DNA from: an uncultured Ktedonobacterales bacterium
GTDB lineage: Bacteria > Chloroflexota > Ktedonobacteria > Ktedonobacterales > JADMIN01
Assembly (NCBI GenBank): GCA_964416775.1
Contig: CAYQFU010000001.1
Coordinates: forward strand, 22,882 to 82,263
Length of the DNA: 59,382 nt
Direction of reading: 5' to 3'
The position numbers and the translations under genes were made by a program. The notes beneath the pieces are model-generated. The model was not told where the DNA came from and searched no databases. It saw only the letters and a list, made by a program, of their open reading frames with translations. Position 1 is the first letter of the stretch, and every line of letters starts with the position of its first letter. Of this stretch, positions 36,309 to 45,474 are shown piece after piece.

Positions 36309-37096
36309 TGGCAACGGATGACGTGCTGCTGCAACTCAAGGGTCTGACGCGCACCTTTGGTGGCCTCACTGCCGTCGACAGCGTCGATCTGGAGGTGCGG
36401 CGCGGCCAAATCTTCAGCATTATTGGACCCAACGGCGCCGGCAAGACGACCGTCTTCAATCTCATCACGGGCATCTACAAGCCCACCACCGGCAGTATCG
36501 CGCTCGCCGGTCGTTCCACAGTGGGCTACACGCCCGACCGCGTGCTGCGGGCGGGTGTCGCGCGTACCTTCCAGAATATCCGCCTGTTCAACAACATGAC
36601 GGTGCTGGAGAATGTGCTGGTCGGGGAGCACGTGCGCTTTCCCGGCGACCTTTTTTCCATCATGTTCCACCTCCCGAACTATCGCCGGGCCGAGCGCACG
36701 GCGCGGGCGCGGGCCATCGAGCTGCTATCGTTCTTCGGTCCGTCAATGGTCGAGCTGCAGGACGAGTACGCCGTAAACCTCTCGTATGCCGATCGGCGCC
36801 GTGTCGAAGTCGCCCGTGCGCTCGGCTCAAGCCCGAAGCTGCTGATGCTGGACGAGCCGACCGCGGGCATGAACGACGCCGAGACGGCCGAGGCGATTGG
36901 CTATATCAAGGCGCTGCGCGATGACTTTGGCGTGACGATCTTGCTGATCGAGCACAAGCTGCAAGTAACGATGGGGCTGTCTGATCGGATTGCCGTGCTC
37001 GACTACGGCAGGAAGATCGCCGAGGGTCTGCCGAAGGAGATCCAGGAGAACGAGCAGGTCATCGAGGCCTACTTGGGACGGAAGGCGGCGATCTAG
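36305..37096 (+). CDS. livG: branched-chain amino-acid ABC transporter ATP-binding protein
   Basis: Walker A 'GPNGAGKTT', signature 'LSYADRRRVEVARAL', Walker B 'LLMLDEPTAG'. Start overlaps the livM stop. Confidence 0.95.
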   Translation: MMATDDVLLQLKGLTRTFGGLTAVDSVDLEVRRGQIFSIIGPNGAGKTTVFNLITGIYKPTTGSIALAGRSTVGYTPDRVLRAGVARTFQNIRLFNNMTVLENVLVGEHVRFPGDLFSIMFHLPNYRRAERTARARAIELLSFFGPSMVELQDEYAVNLSYADRRRVEVARALGSSPKLLMLDEPTAGMNDAETAEAIGYIKALRDDFGVTILLIEHKLQVTMGLSDRIAVLDYGRKIAEGLPKEIQENEQVIEAYLGRKAAI

Positions 37097-37801
37097 ATGC
37101 TTGAGCTTTCGGGGGTCAACACCCTCTACGGTCCCAGTCATGTGCTGCACGACGTGACGCTGTCCGTCAACAAGGGCGAGATCGTCGCCTTACTTGGCGC
37201 CAATGCGGCCGGCAAGACCACCACGATGAAGACGATCTTCGGGTTGGTGCGCCCGCGCAGCGGGTCGATCTCCTTTGAGGGAGAACGCATCGATGGACGC
37301 CCCACCGCCAGTATCGTGGACAAAGGTATGGCGCTGGTGCCGGAGGCGCGCCGCATCTTTTCACGTATGAGCGTGTACGAGAATCTGCAGATGGGAGCAT
37401 TCCTGCGCTCAGCGGGCAGTGCGCTGGATGCGGATCTGGAGCGCGTCTACAAGCTCTTCCCCCGGCTGAAGGAGCGTGCATCGCAGATCGCGGGCACGCT
37501 CTCAGGCGGCGAGCAGCAGATGCTGGCGATGGGCCGCGCGCTGATGACGAGTCCACGGCTGCTCTGCATGGACGAGCCTTCGATGGGCCTGTCGCCGATT
37601 CTCGTGCAGACGGTGTTCAACGTGATTCAGGAGGTGCGCAGCCAGGGGGTGACGGTCTTCCTGGTGGAGCAGAACGCCTTCATGGCGCTCAACATCGCCG
37701 ATCGCGGCTACGTGCTGCAACAGGGACACATCGTGCTCACGGACACGGGGAAGAATCTGCTGACGAACGATCTGGTGCGCCGCGCCTATCTGGGCGGATA
37801 G
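37097..37801 (+). CDS. livF: branched-chain amino-acid ABC transporter ATP-binding protein
   Basis: Walker A 'GANAAGKTT', signature 'LSGGEQQMLAMGRAL', Walker B 'LLCMDEPSMGL'. The ATG directly follows the livG stop. Confidence 0.95.
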   Translation: MLELSGVNTLYGPSHVLHDVTLSVNKGEIVALLGANAAGKTTTMKTIFGLVRPRSGSISFEGERIDGRPTASIVDKGMALVPEARRIFSRMSVYENLQMGAFLRSAGSALDADLERVYKLFPRLKERASQIAGTLSGGEQQMLAMGRALMTSPRLLCMDEPSMGLSPILVQTVFNVIQEVRSQGVTVFLVEQNAFMALNIADRGYVLQQGHIVLTDTGKNLLTNDLVRRAYLGG

Positions 37802-37808
37802 CGGGCCA

Positions 37809-38642
37809 TCAGATGACGAGCTCTTTGCCGTGCACGCGGAGCCAGCGGCGGTGCGTGGCGTAGTCCGGGCAGGCAAGAGCGACGAGCTTCCAGAAGCGAG
37901 GGCCGTGATTCAGCTCTTTGAGGTGGCAGAGCTCATGGATGACGACATAGTCGAGCACGGGCAGCGGAGCGAGCAACAGGCGCCAGTTGAAGTTGAGGTT
38001 TCCGAGCCTGGAGCAGCTACCCCACCGGCTCTTCTGGCCTTTGACGCTGACCCGACCGTAGCTGAAGCCGTAGCGCTGATTGCACACGTGAAGGCGCTCG
38101 GCGAAGACGCGAGGCGCCTGCCGCCGGTACCAGACTTCCAGGGCTGAGCGCGCCAACTCAGGATCACTGTGGGGCAGGGTGAGGGTCAACGTGTCGCTTG
38201 AAAGGCCGGCGCGAAAGCGCCCGGCAGGGGCGCCGGTGCGCAGGGCCAGCCGCAGCTCGCGTCCGGCGAAGGACAGGCGCCGGCCCTCCACGACGGGCTG
38301 AGGGGCGGCTGCCGCGGATTCGCGGGTCACCCGTTCCAGCGTGGCGAGGATCCAGCGCTCCTTTTCGCGCAGAAAGGGTTCGTGGGCGGCGGGCGACAGG
38401 CCGCGCGGCACGACCACCTCCAGGCCACTGCCAGGACGCACCACGAGCCGCAGCCGGCGTGCGCGCGCGCTGACTCTCAGGATGTATGGCACGTGTTGGC
38501 CGCCCAACATGACGGACCGCGCCTCGGCCGCGGGCACACGGGAGCGGCGCTGGGCAGGTGTGGGGGCGCTCGAGGGTGGAGGGGGACCAGGGTATTGACC
38601 CCGCCCATTGGGATGGACGGGAGGCTCGGAGGGGTGGTGCAC
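37809..38642 (-). CDS. YgjP/DUF45-type zinc metallohydrolase (M48/WLM-like)
   Basis: 'YVVIHELCHLKELNHGPRFW' (HExxH...H) and 'SRWGSCS'. Pro-rich N-terminal ~45 aa; an alternative start is at 38510. Confidence 0.8.
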   Translation of the reverse strand: MHHPSEPPVHPNGRGQYPGPPPPSSAPTPAQRRSRVPAAEARSVMLGGQHVPYILRVSARARRLRLVVRPGSGLEVVVPRGLSPAAHEPFLREKERWILATLERVTRESAAAAPQPVVEGRRLSFAGRELRLALRTGAPAGRFRAGLSSDTLTLTLPHSDPELARSALEVWYRRQAPRVFAERLHVCNQRYGFSYGRVSVKGQKSRWGSCSRLGNLNFNWRLLLAPLPVLDYVVIHELCHLKELNHGPRFWKLVALACPDYATHRRWLRVHGKELVI

Positions 38643-38779
38643 GATGTCAATCTCCTGTCGCGTCCGCGCGGCGGCACAGTTGCCGCCGCTCGCACGGTAC
38701 AGGAGCCAGTATACACTCTGGCAGGCGCTTTCCCAGCACGCGGCAGGACTGCTGGGTCAGCCAACACAGGACCGTTGGG

Positions 38780-39196
38780 TTACTCGAGCCGTTCGAAGAC
38801 GATGTCCTGGGCGCCCTCCCAGAGTACCGTGCGTCCCATCTCGCGCAGATGGTCACGACCGTCTATGACGGTCAGGAAGTGGCTGCCGGCGAGCTGGCCG
38901 AGCTTGCTGGCGAAGCGGCAGGCGCCATAGGGGAAGAGGATCTCCGTCTCGCTGTAGCCGCCGGGATAGAAGAGGATCTCGCCCGGCGCGGGGTAGCTGG
39001 TGTGGTTCTCGTAGCCGACGTCCAGCTTGAAGTCGCCGAGGGGAATCCAGCAGGCTTCGCCACTCCAACGGGCGTGGATGATCTTCTGGCGGTAGGGCAG
39101 CAGCCTGGCGAACGCGGCGCAGGTCTGCGGCGCGTCGGCTTCCTCCATGCGGGCGGTGAACTGCCGGGGACCAACGGTCACGCGCAAGGTGGTCAT
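38780..39196 (-). CDS. cyclophilin-like-fold protein (DUF3830-like by pattern)
   Basis: 138 aa. 'TARMEEADAPQTCAAFARLLPYRQKIIHARWSGEACWIPLG'. Lies 37 nt downstream of the molybdoenzyme large subunit on the same strand. The family call is tentative. Confidence 0.55.
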   Translation of the reverse strand: MTTLRVTVGPRQFTARMEEADAPQTCAAFARLLPYRQKIIHARWSGEACWIPLGDFKLDVGYENHTSYPAPGEILFYPGGYSETEILFPYGACRFASKLGQLAGSHFLTVIDGRDHLREMGRTVLWEGAQDIVFERLE

Positions 39197-39233
39197 GTAT
39201 CGCTGTTCTCCTTCTCTCACTCGTGTTGGCCGG

Positions 39234-41426
39234 TTATGAGGCGGTGAGGGCGGCGAGGACGCGCTCGGGCGTCATGGGCTGCTGGGTGAGCCAGATGCCG
39301 GTGGCGTCGTGGATGGCGGCGGCGATGGCGGGGGCAAGGGGCACGAGGGCCATCTCGGCGACGCCGCGCGCGCCGTAGGGGCCTTCAGGGTCGGCCAGCT
39401 CGAGGACGACGGGCACGATCTCGTCGGGCATATCGAGGACGGTCGGGAGGAGATAGGTGCTGAAGTAGGGAGTCAGAACGTGGCCGTCGCGCACCTGGAA
39501 GTGCTCCAGCAGGGCGTAGCCGAGCGCCTGCGCCAGGCAGCCTTCGATCTGCCCTTCGACTTGCTGGCGGTTAACGGCGCGGCCGACGTCGTGGACGCTG
39601 ATGAGGCGGAGCACGCGCACCTGGCCCGTGAGCAGGTTGACCTCGACCTCGACGGCCTGGGCGGCGTAGCCGTAGCAGTAGTTGGGACGGCCCTCGCCGG
39701 TAACGGGGTGGAGCGGCGTGGTGGCAGGCGGGCGGTACTGGATGGTGGCTTCGGCGTGGTATTCCTCGGTCGCGCTCCACTGCTCACGGGCCGCGAGGGC
39801 GGCGTCATGGACGGCGCGGCCACCCATAAACGTCATGCGCGAGGCGGAGGCGCTACCAGCATTGGGCGCCTGGGAGCTATCGTCGCTGATGAGGGCAACC
39901 CGCTCGACGGGCAACCCCAGGGCCTCGGCGGCGATCTGGCGCAGGGCGAGGTGCGCGCCCTGGCCCACGTCCGCGGCGCCGATGCGCACGACGGCGCGCT
40001 CCAGCTCCGCCTCGCCGAACAACTCCACGGTGGCGGTGGATTGCTCGGGAAAGCCGAAGGAGTAGCCGACATTCTTGATGCCGCAGGCGATGCCCACGCC
40101 GCGGCGCAGATGGGGCGACGGCTGGCGACTCTCAGCGGACGTGCTGTAGCCGCGCAGGCGGGCCTCCTCGACGCAGCGCTCGAGGACGGGCAGAGCGCTC
40201 ACGCCCTGCGGCAGCGGGCGCTGGGTCGGCTCCAGGCTGCCCTCGCGGTAGAGGTTGCGGCGGCGCAGCTCGACGGGGTCCATGCCCAGGGCGTGGGCCA
40301 GGCGCGTCACCATGCTCTCGGCCGCGAACTGGGCCTGAGGCGCGCCGAAGCCGCGGAAGGCGCCGCAGGGGACGTTGTTGGTGTAGACCACGCGGCCGTC
40401 CACGGCGACGTGCTCGATCTCGTAGCAGCCGGTGGCAAAGAGGGTGGCGACCTTGGTGACTTCGGCGCTGGTGGAGGCGTACGCGCCACCGTCCGCCAGC
40501 ACCTCGGCCTGCACGGCGGTGATGCGTCCGTCTTTGCGCGCGCCCCAGCGGCAGCGGATGGAGATGGGGTGGCGCTTGTGGTGGGCGATCATGGACTCTT
40601 CGCGGCTCCAGACGAGGGCCACGGGGCGTTGCAGCTTCCACGCGGCGAGGGCCAGCAGATGCTGGATGGAGAGGTCTTCGCGGCCGCCGAACGCGCCGCC
40701 GATGGCGGCGTAGCGGACGACCACCCGGTCCTCGGGGAGCGCGAGCATCTCGGCGATCTGGCGGCGATCCTCATGCAGCCACTGGCCAGCGGTCTCGACC
40801 ACCAGGCGCCCAGCGTCGTCCACGAAGGCGATACCGGCCTCGGGCTGCAGGAAGGCGTGCTCCTGCCAGGAGGTGGTGAACTCGCCGTCCAGCACCACAT
40901 CGGCCTCGGCGAAGCCGCGCGCCACGTCGCCCTTGCGGATGGGCATGTGGAAAAGCAGGTTGGTGCCGATGCGCTCGTGGACGAGCGGGGCGCCAGGCGC
41001 CAGGGCGGCGTGGGCGTCGGTGACGGCGGGGAGGTCTGCGTACTCCACCCGCACGAGGTCCGCGCCCGCGACGGCGGCGACTTTGTCCTCGGCCACCACC
41101 AGGGCCACCTTGTCACCCTCGAAGCGGACCACGTCGCCACAGAGAGCGGGCTGGTCGGCCTCCACCAGGCCATAGGCGTTGTGGGGCACGTCAGCAGCCG
41201 TGAGGACGGCCACCACGCCGGGATGCGCGAGGGCCGTGGAGGTGTCCAGCGCGCGGATGCGGGCATGAGGGCGGTGAGCGAAGACGACGTGGAGGTGGAG
41301 CATGCCGGGCCGGACGAGATCGGCAGGGTAGAGGGCGGCGCCCAGCACTTTGCCCAGCGCGTCGGGGCGGGGCAGCGAGGCGCCGATGATGCTTCGCGGG
41401 CCAGTGGGGTGGGAGGGCGTGGTCAT
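39234..41426 (-). CDS. xanthine-dehydrogenase-family molybdopterin-binding large subunit
   Basis: 730 aa from ATG 41426, overlapping the upstream stop (ATGA). 'GASLPRPDALGKVLGAALYPAD', 'IGGAFGGRED', 'FRGFGAPQAQFAAE', 'GQIEGCLAQALG'. Confidence 0.88.
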   Translation of the reverse strand: MTTPSHPTGPRSIIGASLPRPDALGKVLGAALYPADLVRPGMLHLHVVFAHRPHARIRALDTSTALAHPGVVAVLTAADVPHNAYGLVEADQPALCGDVVRFEGDKVALVVAEDKVAAVAGADLVRVEYADLPAVTDAHAALAPGAPLVHERIGTNLLFHMPIRKGDVARGFAEADVVLDGEFTTSWQEHAFLQPEAGIAFVDDAGRLVVETAGQWLHEDRRQIAEMLALPEDRVVVRYAAIGGAFGGREDLSIQHLLALAAWKLQRPVALVWSREESMIAHHKRHPISIRCRWGARKDGRITAVQAEVLADGGAYASTSAEVTKVATLFATGCYEIEHVAVDGRVVYTNNVPCGAFRGFGAPQAQFAAESMVTRLAHALGMDPVELRRRNLYREGSLEPTQRPLPQGVSALPVLERCVEEARLRGYSTSAESRQPSPHLRRGVGIACGIKNVGYSFGFPEQSTATVELFGEAELERAVVRIGAADVGQGAHLALRQIAAEALGLPVERVALISDDSSQAPNAGSASASRMTFMGGRAVHDAALAAREQWSATEEYHAEATIQYRPPATTPLHPVTGEGRPNYCYGYAAQAVEVEVNLLTGQVRVLRLISVHDVGRAVNRQQVEGQIEGCLAQALGYALLEHFQVRDGHVLTPYFSTYLLPTVLDMPDEIVPVVLELADPEGPYGARGVAEMALVPLAPAIAAAIHDATGIWLTQQPMTPERVLAALTAS

Positions 41427-42844
41427 GCCTGGGCTCCTTCGCGCGCTGTGCCGCCCGCGCTCATCACGGCGTCGAGGATCTTGCGGTAGCCAGTGCAGCG
41501 ACAGATGTTGCCGCTGAGGGCGGCCTGCGCGTCGGCAAGATCGGGCTGGCGGCGCTCTTGCAGCAACTTGGCGCCCGCCATGAGCATGCCGGGGATACAG
41601 TAGCCGCACTGAACCGCGCCGTGCGCGACGAAGGCGCGCTGCAGGGGGTGCAGGCTGTCGCCGTCTGGCACGGTGGCGGCGAGTCCTTCGATCGTGGTGA
41701 TGGCGGCGCCGTGAGCCTGCGGGGCCGGGACCAGGCAGGACATGACGGCCTGGCCATCGAGCCAGACCGTGCAGGCGCCGCACTCGCCCTCGGCGCAGCC
41801 TTCCTTGGTGCCGGTCAGACCGGCATCCTCGCGCAGCGCGTTGAGGAGGGTCTTGCCCTCGGCGCCGGAGAGCTCGCGCGGCTGGCCGTTGATGGTGGTG
41901 CGGATGGTGCCGGCGAAACGGCCCGGCGACCTGGGCGGCGGGAGGGCTCCAGCGTCCAGCAAGATCGGGCGAGAGGGGAAGCCGGCGGCGTGGGTGCCGG
42001 CGGCGATGCGGCGGAGCCCTTCGGCGACGAGGCCGGCGAGGGAGGCACGGCGGTAGCGGGCCGAGCCGCGGACGTCGTCAATCGGGGCGGCGGCGTCGCA
42101 CGCGAGGCGGCCGGCTTCGAGGCACGATGCTTCGTCGAGTTGGCGGCCTTCGAGGTAGGCTTCGGCGGCGCGGGCGCGGACAATGGTGGGGGCCAGACTG
42201 CCGAGCGCAATGCGGGCGTCGCGCGCGGTGCCATCCGCGAGCGTGACGACCAGCGCGACGTCAATGACGGAGATCGCCTGAGCACGGCGCAGGCCGAGCT
42301 TGAGGAAAAGGCCGCGCTGGTCCGGGCGGAGGGCGGGGATTCGAATCTCGCGCAGCAGCTCGCCCGGCTGCAGAACGGTGCGGCGGACGCCACGGTAGAA
42401 ATCGCGCAGGGGCACGACGCGCTCGCCCTCGCGGCGGGCGAGCACCAGCTCGGCGTCGAGCGCCACGAGGGGGGTGATGGTGTCGTTGGCCGGCGAGGCG
42501 GTGATGAGATTGCCGGCGACGGTGGCGCGGGTGCGGATCTGCGGGGCGCCGACCTCCCAGCAGGCCTGGGCGAGCGGCAGCGCCCGGGCGACGCAGGCGG
42601 GCGAGGCGACTACGTCGTTGTGGGTGGCCAGGGCACCGAGGCGAATCTGCCCATCGGCCTCATGGACGTATTTCAGCTCGCGCAGGCCGGTGATGTCGAT
42701 GAGCGTCGCGGTTGGCAGCACGCCGCGCTGCAGCTCCACCAGCACATCCGTGCCGCCAGCGACGATGCGCGCCTGGCCGGCGTGTTCGCGCAGCAGATCC
42801 AGCGCCTCAGCGAGGCTTTCCGGCCGCAGGAAGGTCTGCCACAT
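41423..42844 (-). CDS. fused FAD-binding (CoxM/XdhB-like) + [2Fe-2S] (CoxS/XdhC-type) subunit of a molybdenum hydroxylase
   Basis: 473 aa. N-terminal 'ARIVAGGTDVLV', 'ATVAGNLITASPAND' (FAD_binding_5). C-terminal 'GCAEGECGACTV...MSCL', 'QCGYCIPGM', 'NICRCTGY' (two 2Fe-2S motifs). Confidence 0.88.
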   Translation of the reverse strand: MWQTFLRPESLAEALDLLREHAGQARIVAGGTDVLVELQRGVLPTATLIDITGLRELKYVHEADGQIRLGALATHNDVVASPACVARALPLAQACWEVGAPQIRTRATVAGNLITASPANDTITPLVALDAELVLARREGERVVPLRDFYRGVRRTVLQPGELLREIRIPALRPDQRGLFLKLGLRRAQAISVIDVALVVTLADGTARDARIALGSLAPTIVRARAAEAYLEGRQLDEASCLEAGRLACDAAAPIDDVRGSARYRRASLAGLVAEGLRRIAAGTHAAGFPSRPILLDAGALPPPRSPGRFAGTIRTTINGQPRELSGAEGKTLLNALREDAGLTGTKEGCAEGECGACTVWLDGQAVMSCLVPAPQAHGAAITTIEGLAATVPDGDSLHPLQRAFVAHGAVQCGYCIPGMLMAGAKLLQERRQPDLADAQAALSGNICRCTGYRKILDAVMSAGGTAREGAQA

Positions 42845-42944
42845 CTACCACTTCCTTTCCACTCGTTGTGAACGCCGGACACCAGAGACCATGCCGGGAC
42901 GGCCAGTGGATGGCCGTGTCCCCCGTGCGGGCTGGCACGCAACA

Positions 42945-44369
42945 TTATCCCACGAGGAGCCAGGGTCCAGCGAAGGGGAATATCGGGCACGGGGCGTAAT
43001 CGTGGCGCCAGACGAGCGTGCCGGCCTGGTCGCGCAGCGCCTCGATAGCGATAGGACAGGTCGAGCTAGAACCTCTACCGATGGCGTACATGATACCATT
43101 GGTGACCACCGCTCGATCGAGGAGCGTAGGTTCGATTTGATGCGTCCAGGCGGTGGTGCCGTTGGCGGCGCGCAAGGCGGTCAGCACGAAATGGGTGCCG
43201 GAGGCGTCCTGGTAGAAGAACTCGTAATACAGCATGCCGTCGCCATAGACGGCGGAGGTGGCGAAGTCTGGATTGGTGGGGCTGAGGGCGCGATGCCAGC
43301 TGACCGAGCCATCGGCAAGGCTGATGGCGTAGATCGCGGGGCACACCTGCGATTGGCACGGCTCGAAGTGCAGGTAAAAGATGGTCGAGTCGCTGGCGGC
43401 GAGCTTGTCCAGCCGTCTGGATGCGCTGGGGCCAAGACCGCGCTGCCAGAGCGTCGTGCCGTCGCTGATGCGCACGCCGGTCACCGTGGCGGCGGCTGAG
43501 TCTGAAATGATGGCAACGTTGGTGGTGACGAGGTCGAGCGAGGCGGCGGTGACCGGCGCGGGCCAGACGCTCTTGCCCGTGGCGGGATCGAGCCCCACAA
43601 TGAGCTCGCCGCTCGCGCCCTGGTAGGCGATGGTGAGGGTCGCGCCAGTGATGCTGATCGTGCCGGAGGGACCGGCGAAGGCCCCCGCATTGGCGAGTGA
43701 TTGCTTCCAGGCGAGGGCGCCGTCGGAAAGGCGCCAGGCGGCGATGTACGAATCGCTACGCCCGCTGGCGGCCATGCCCACGACGAGACCATTGCTCACC
43801 ACGAGATTGGAGATGACGGGTACGGGTGTGTCCACCGTCGGCGCCCGCACGGCAGCGATCGGGGCGCTCTCCCAGAGAACGCTACCGTCGCTGGTGCGGA
43901 GCGCGACGAGCGTCAGTGTGCCCGGCTGATTGAGGGGGACCCGCGCCGCGGGGACGATCAGACGATCTCCAGCGAGGGCCAAAGACCCCTCAGCGACAGC
44001 GCCCGCATAGGTCCACAATACCTTGCCATCGCTGGCGCGCACAGCCTCGACCCCGTACGTTTGCTGATTCTGGGCGGTCGTCAACTGCGCCACCGCATAG
44101 AGGACGCCGCCGGAGACGATGGGAGGCCGGGTGCCGAGATCGTGGGTCCAGCGCGTGGAGCCATTGCCAGCATTCACGGCACCACCGGCAAAGTAGACGC
44201 TCGATGGACCCTTGCCGGTCGCGGGCGTGGGAGTTGGCCCGCCACCAGTGACGGGGCTGCCGCACGCCGCAACGGCGCACACGCACGCGGCGAGCAAGCC
44301 GGTCGCGAGCAGCTGCCGCCATCCCGAGCCGACATAGTCGAACACCCATACTGCACGTGCTCCACGCAT
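42945..44369 (-). CDS. PQQ-like beta-propeller repeat lipoprotein (BamB-like fold)
   Basis: Start at 44369 after AGGAGAG. Lipobox 'AVAACGS'. Repeated 'G.V.....DG..LW' blades, e.g. 'SDGKVLWTY', 'SDGSVLWES', 'SDGALAWKQ', 'SDGTTLWQR', 'ADGSVSWHR', 'ANGTTAWTH'. Confidence 0.75.
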   Translation of the reverse strand: MRGARAVWVFDYVGSGWRQLLATGLLAACVCAVAACGSPVTGGGPTPTPATGKGPSSVYFAGGAVNAGNGSTRWTHDLGTRPPIVSGGVLYAVAQLTTAQNQQTYGVEAVRASDGKVLWTYAGAVAEGSLALAGDRLIVPAARVPLNQPGTLTLVALRTSDGSVLWESAPIAAVRAPTVDTPVPVISNLVVSNGLVVGMAASGRSDSYIAAWRLSDGALAWKQSLANAGAFAGPSGTISITGATLTIAYQGASGELIVGLDPATGKSVWPAPVTAASLDLVTTNVAIISDSAAATVTGVRISDGTTLWQRGLGPSASRRLDKLAASDSTIFYLHFEPCQSQVCPAIYAISLADGSVSWHRALSPTNPDFATSAVYGDGMLYYEFFYQDASGTHFVLTALRAANGTTAWTHQIEPTLLDRAVVTNGIMYAIGRGSSSTCPIAIEALRDQAGTLVWRHDYAPCPIFPFAGPWLLVG

Positions 44370-44517
44370 GGTCACTCTCCTCATCCCCTCTGTACGTGCA
44401 TGCCGGCGGTTCACACCGCGCCTGGGTCGCGTGCCGCCGCCAGGTCCGCCAGCGGGGCGGCTGGGCAGCGGGGGCGGCGGGGCGGCACAGCGAGCCACCC
44501 GGCAGCCAGCTGGGGTC

Positions 44518-45435
44518 TCAGCCGGTGGAATCTGTTCCAGGGTCGGTGGGTGCGCCCTGACCGTCACGGGCGGCGAGGCCGGCCAGGAAGGTGCGCATCA
44601 GGTCGTCCACAACCGCAGGCTGCTCGTGGATCACCCAGTGGGATCCATCGTGGATGCGCTTGATAGAGAGATCGGGGACGTACTGCTCGAGCCCATCGAG
44701 GTTGCCCGTCAGCAGGAAGGGATCTTGCTCGCCCCAGATCACCAGCGTAGGCACGGCGACCACCCGAGCGGACGCGTCAGCCGCCAGGCGCTGCGCGGCC
44801 TCCCCGGCATCGCCGGCGGCAGGGCCGGTGCGCATCGCACGATAATAGTTGAGGCCGCCAGTGAGGGCGCCGGGCTGGGACCAGGCCGCGACATACGCCG
44901 CGCGCTCCTCGTCGGACAGGGGGAAGATGCCGGCCAGTCGCTCGTAGTCATTCGCGGCAAGTAGCTCCTCCGCGCGAGGGTCGCGCAGGTCCAGCATGTA
45001 GCGGCTGGCGCGCTGTTGCGCCGGGTTGTGGCGCAGCTCGCGCGCGAAGACGGCGGGGTGGGGCGCGTTGACGATGATCAGCGCGCGCAGCCGGTCGGGG
45101 TGGGCGAGGGCGAAGGCCCAGGCCACGACGCCGCCCCAGTCGTGCCCCACCAGCACGAAGCGCTCATAGCCGAGATGATCGGCGAGACCGGCGACGTCCT
45201 CCACGAGCAGGTGCATGCGGTAGTGCTCGACTTCGGGCGGCTTTGAGGAGAGGTTGTAGCCGCGCAGGTCGGGTGCGACGGCCAGATGGTCGCGGCCGAA
45301 GTCTTCCAGCTGGGCTTTCCACTCGTACCAGAACTCAGGGAAGCCGTGGAGGAAGAGTATCAGCTCCCCCTCGCCGGCAGTGACGTAGTGCAGGCGTATG
45401 CCGTCGACGTCAGCATAGGCATGGCGCAGATCCAT
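44518..45435 (-). CDS. alpha/beta hydrolase, epoxide-hydrolase/haloalkane-dehalogenase-like
   Basis: 'LILFLHGFPEFWYEWKAQL', 'LVGHDWGGVVAW' (nucleophile Asp elbow), 'GSHWVIHEQP'. Confidence 0.85.
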   Translation of the reverse strand: MDLRHAYADVDGIRLHYVTAGEGELILFLHGFPEFWYEWKAQLEDFGRDHLAVAPDLRGYNLSSKPPEVEHYRMHLLVEDVAGLADHLGYERFVLVGHDWGGVVAWAFALAHPDRLRALIIVNAPHPAVFARELRHNPAQQRASRYMLDLRDPRAEELLAANDYERLAGIFPLSDEERAAYVAAWSQPGALTGGLNYYRAMRTGPAAGDAGEAAQRLAADASARVVAVPTLVIWGEQDPFLLTGNLDGLEQYVPDLSIKRIHDGSHWVIHEQPAVVDDLMRTFLAGLAARDGQGAPTDPGTDSTG

Positions 45436-45474
45436 GAGGTTGCCTCCTGTCAGGTCCCCGCGGAATGGCAGGGA

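Noticed and set aside
39309-41489. 726-aa plus-strand ORF
   Set aside because: It is entirely antisense to the molybdoenzyme large-subunit gene, which has clear family motifs. The translation is Gly/Ala/Asp/Val/Arg low-complexity typical of the reverse frame of high-GC coding DNA.
42335-42349. tRNA T-arm-like 'GAGATTCGAATCCCC' (minus strand)
   Set aside because: The flanks cannot form T-stem or acceptor pairing, and the sequence lies inside the well-supported FAD-subunit coding sequence.
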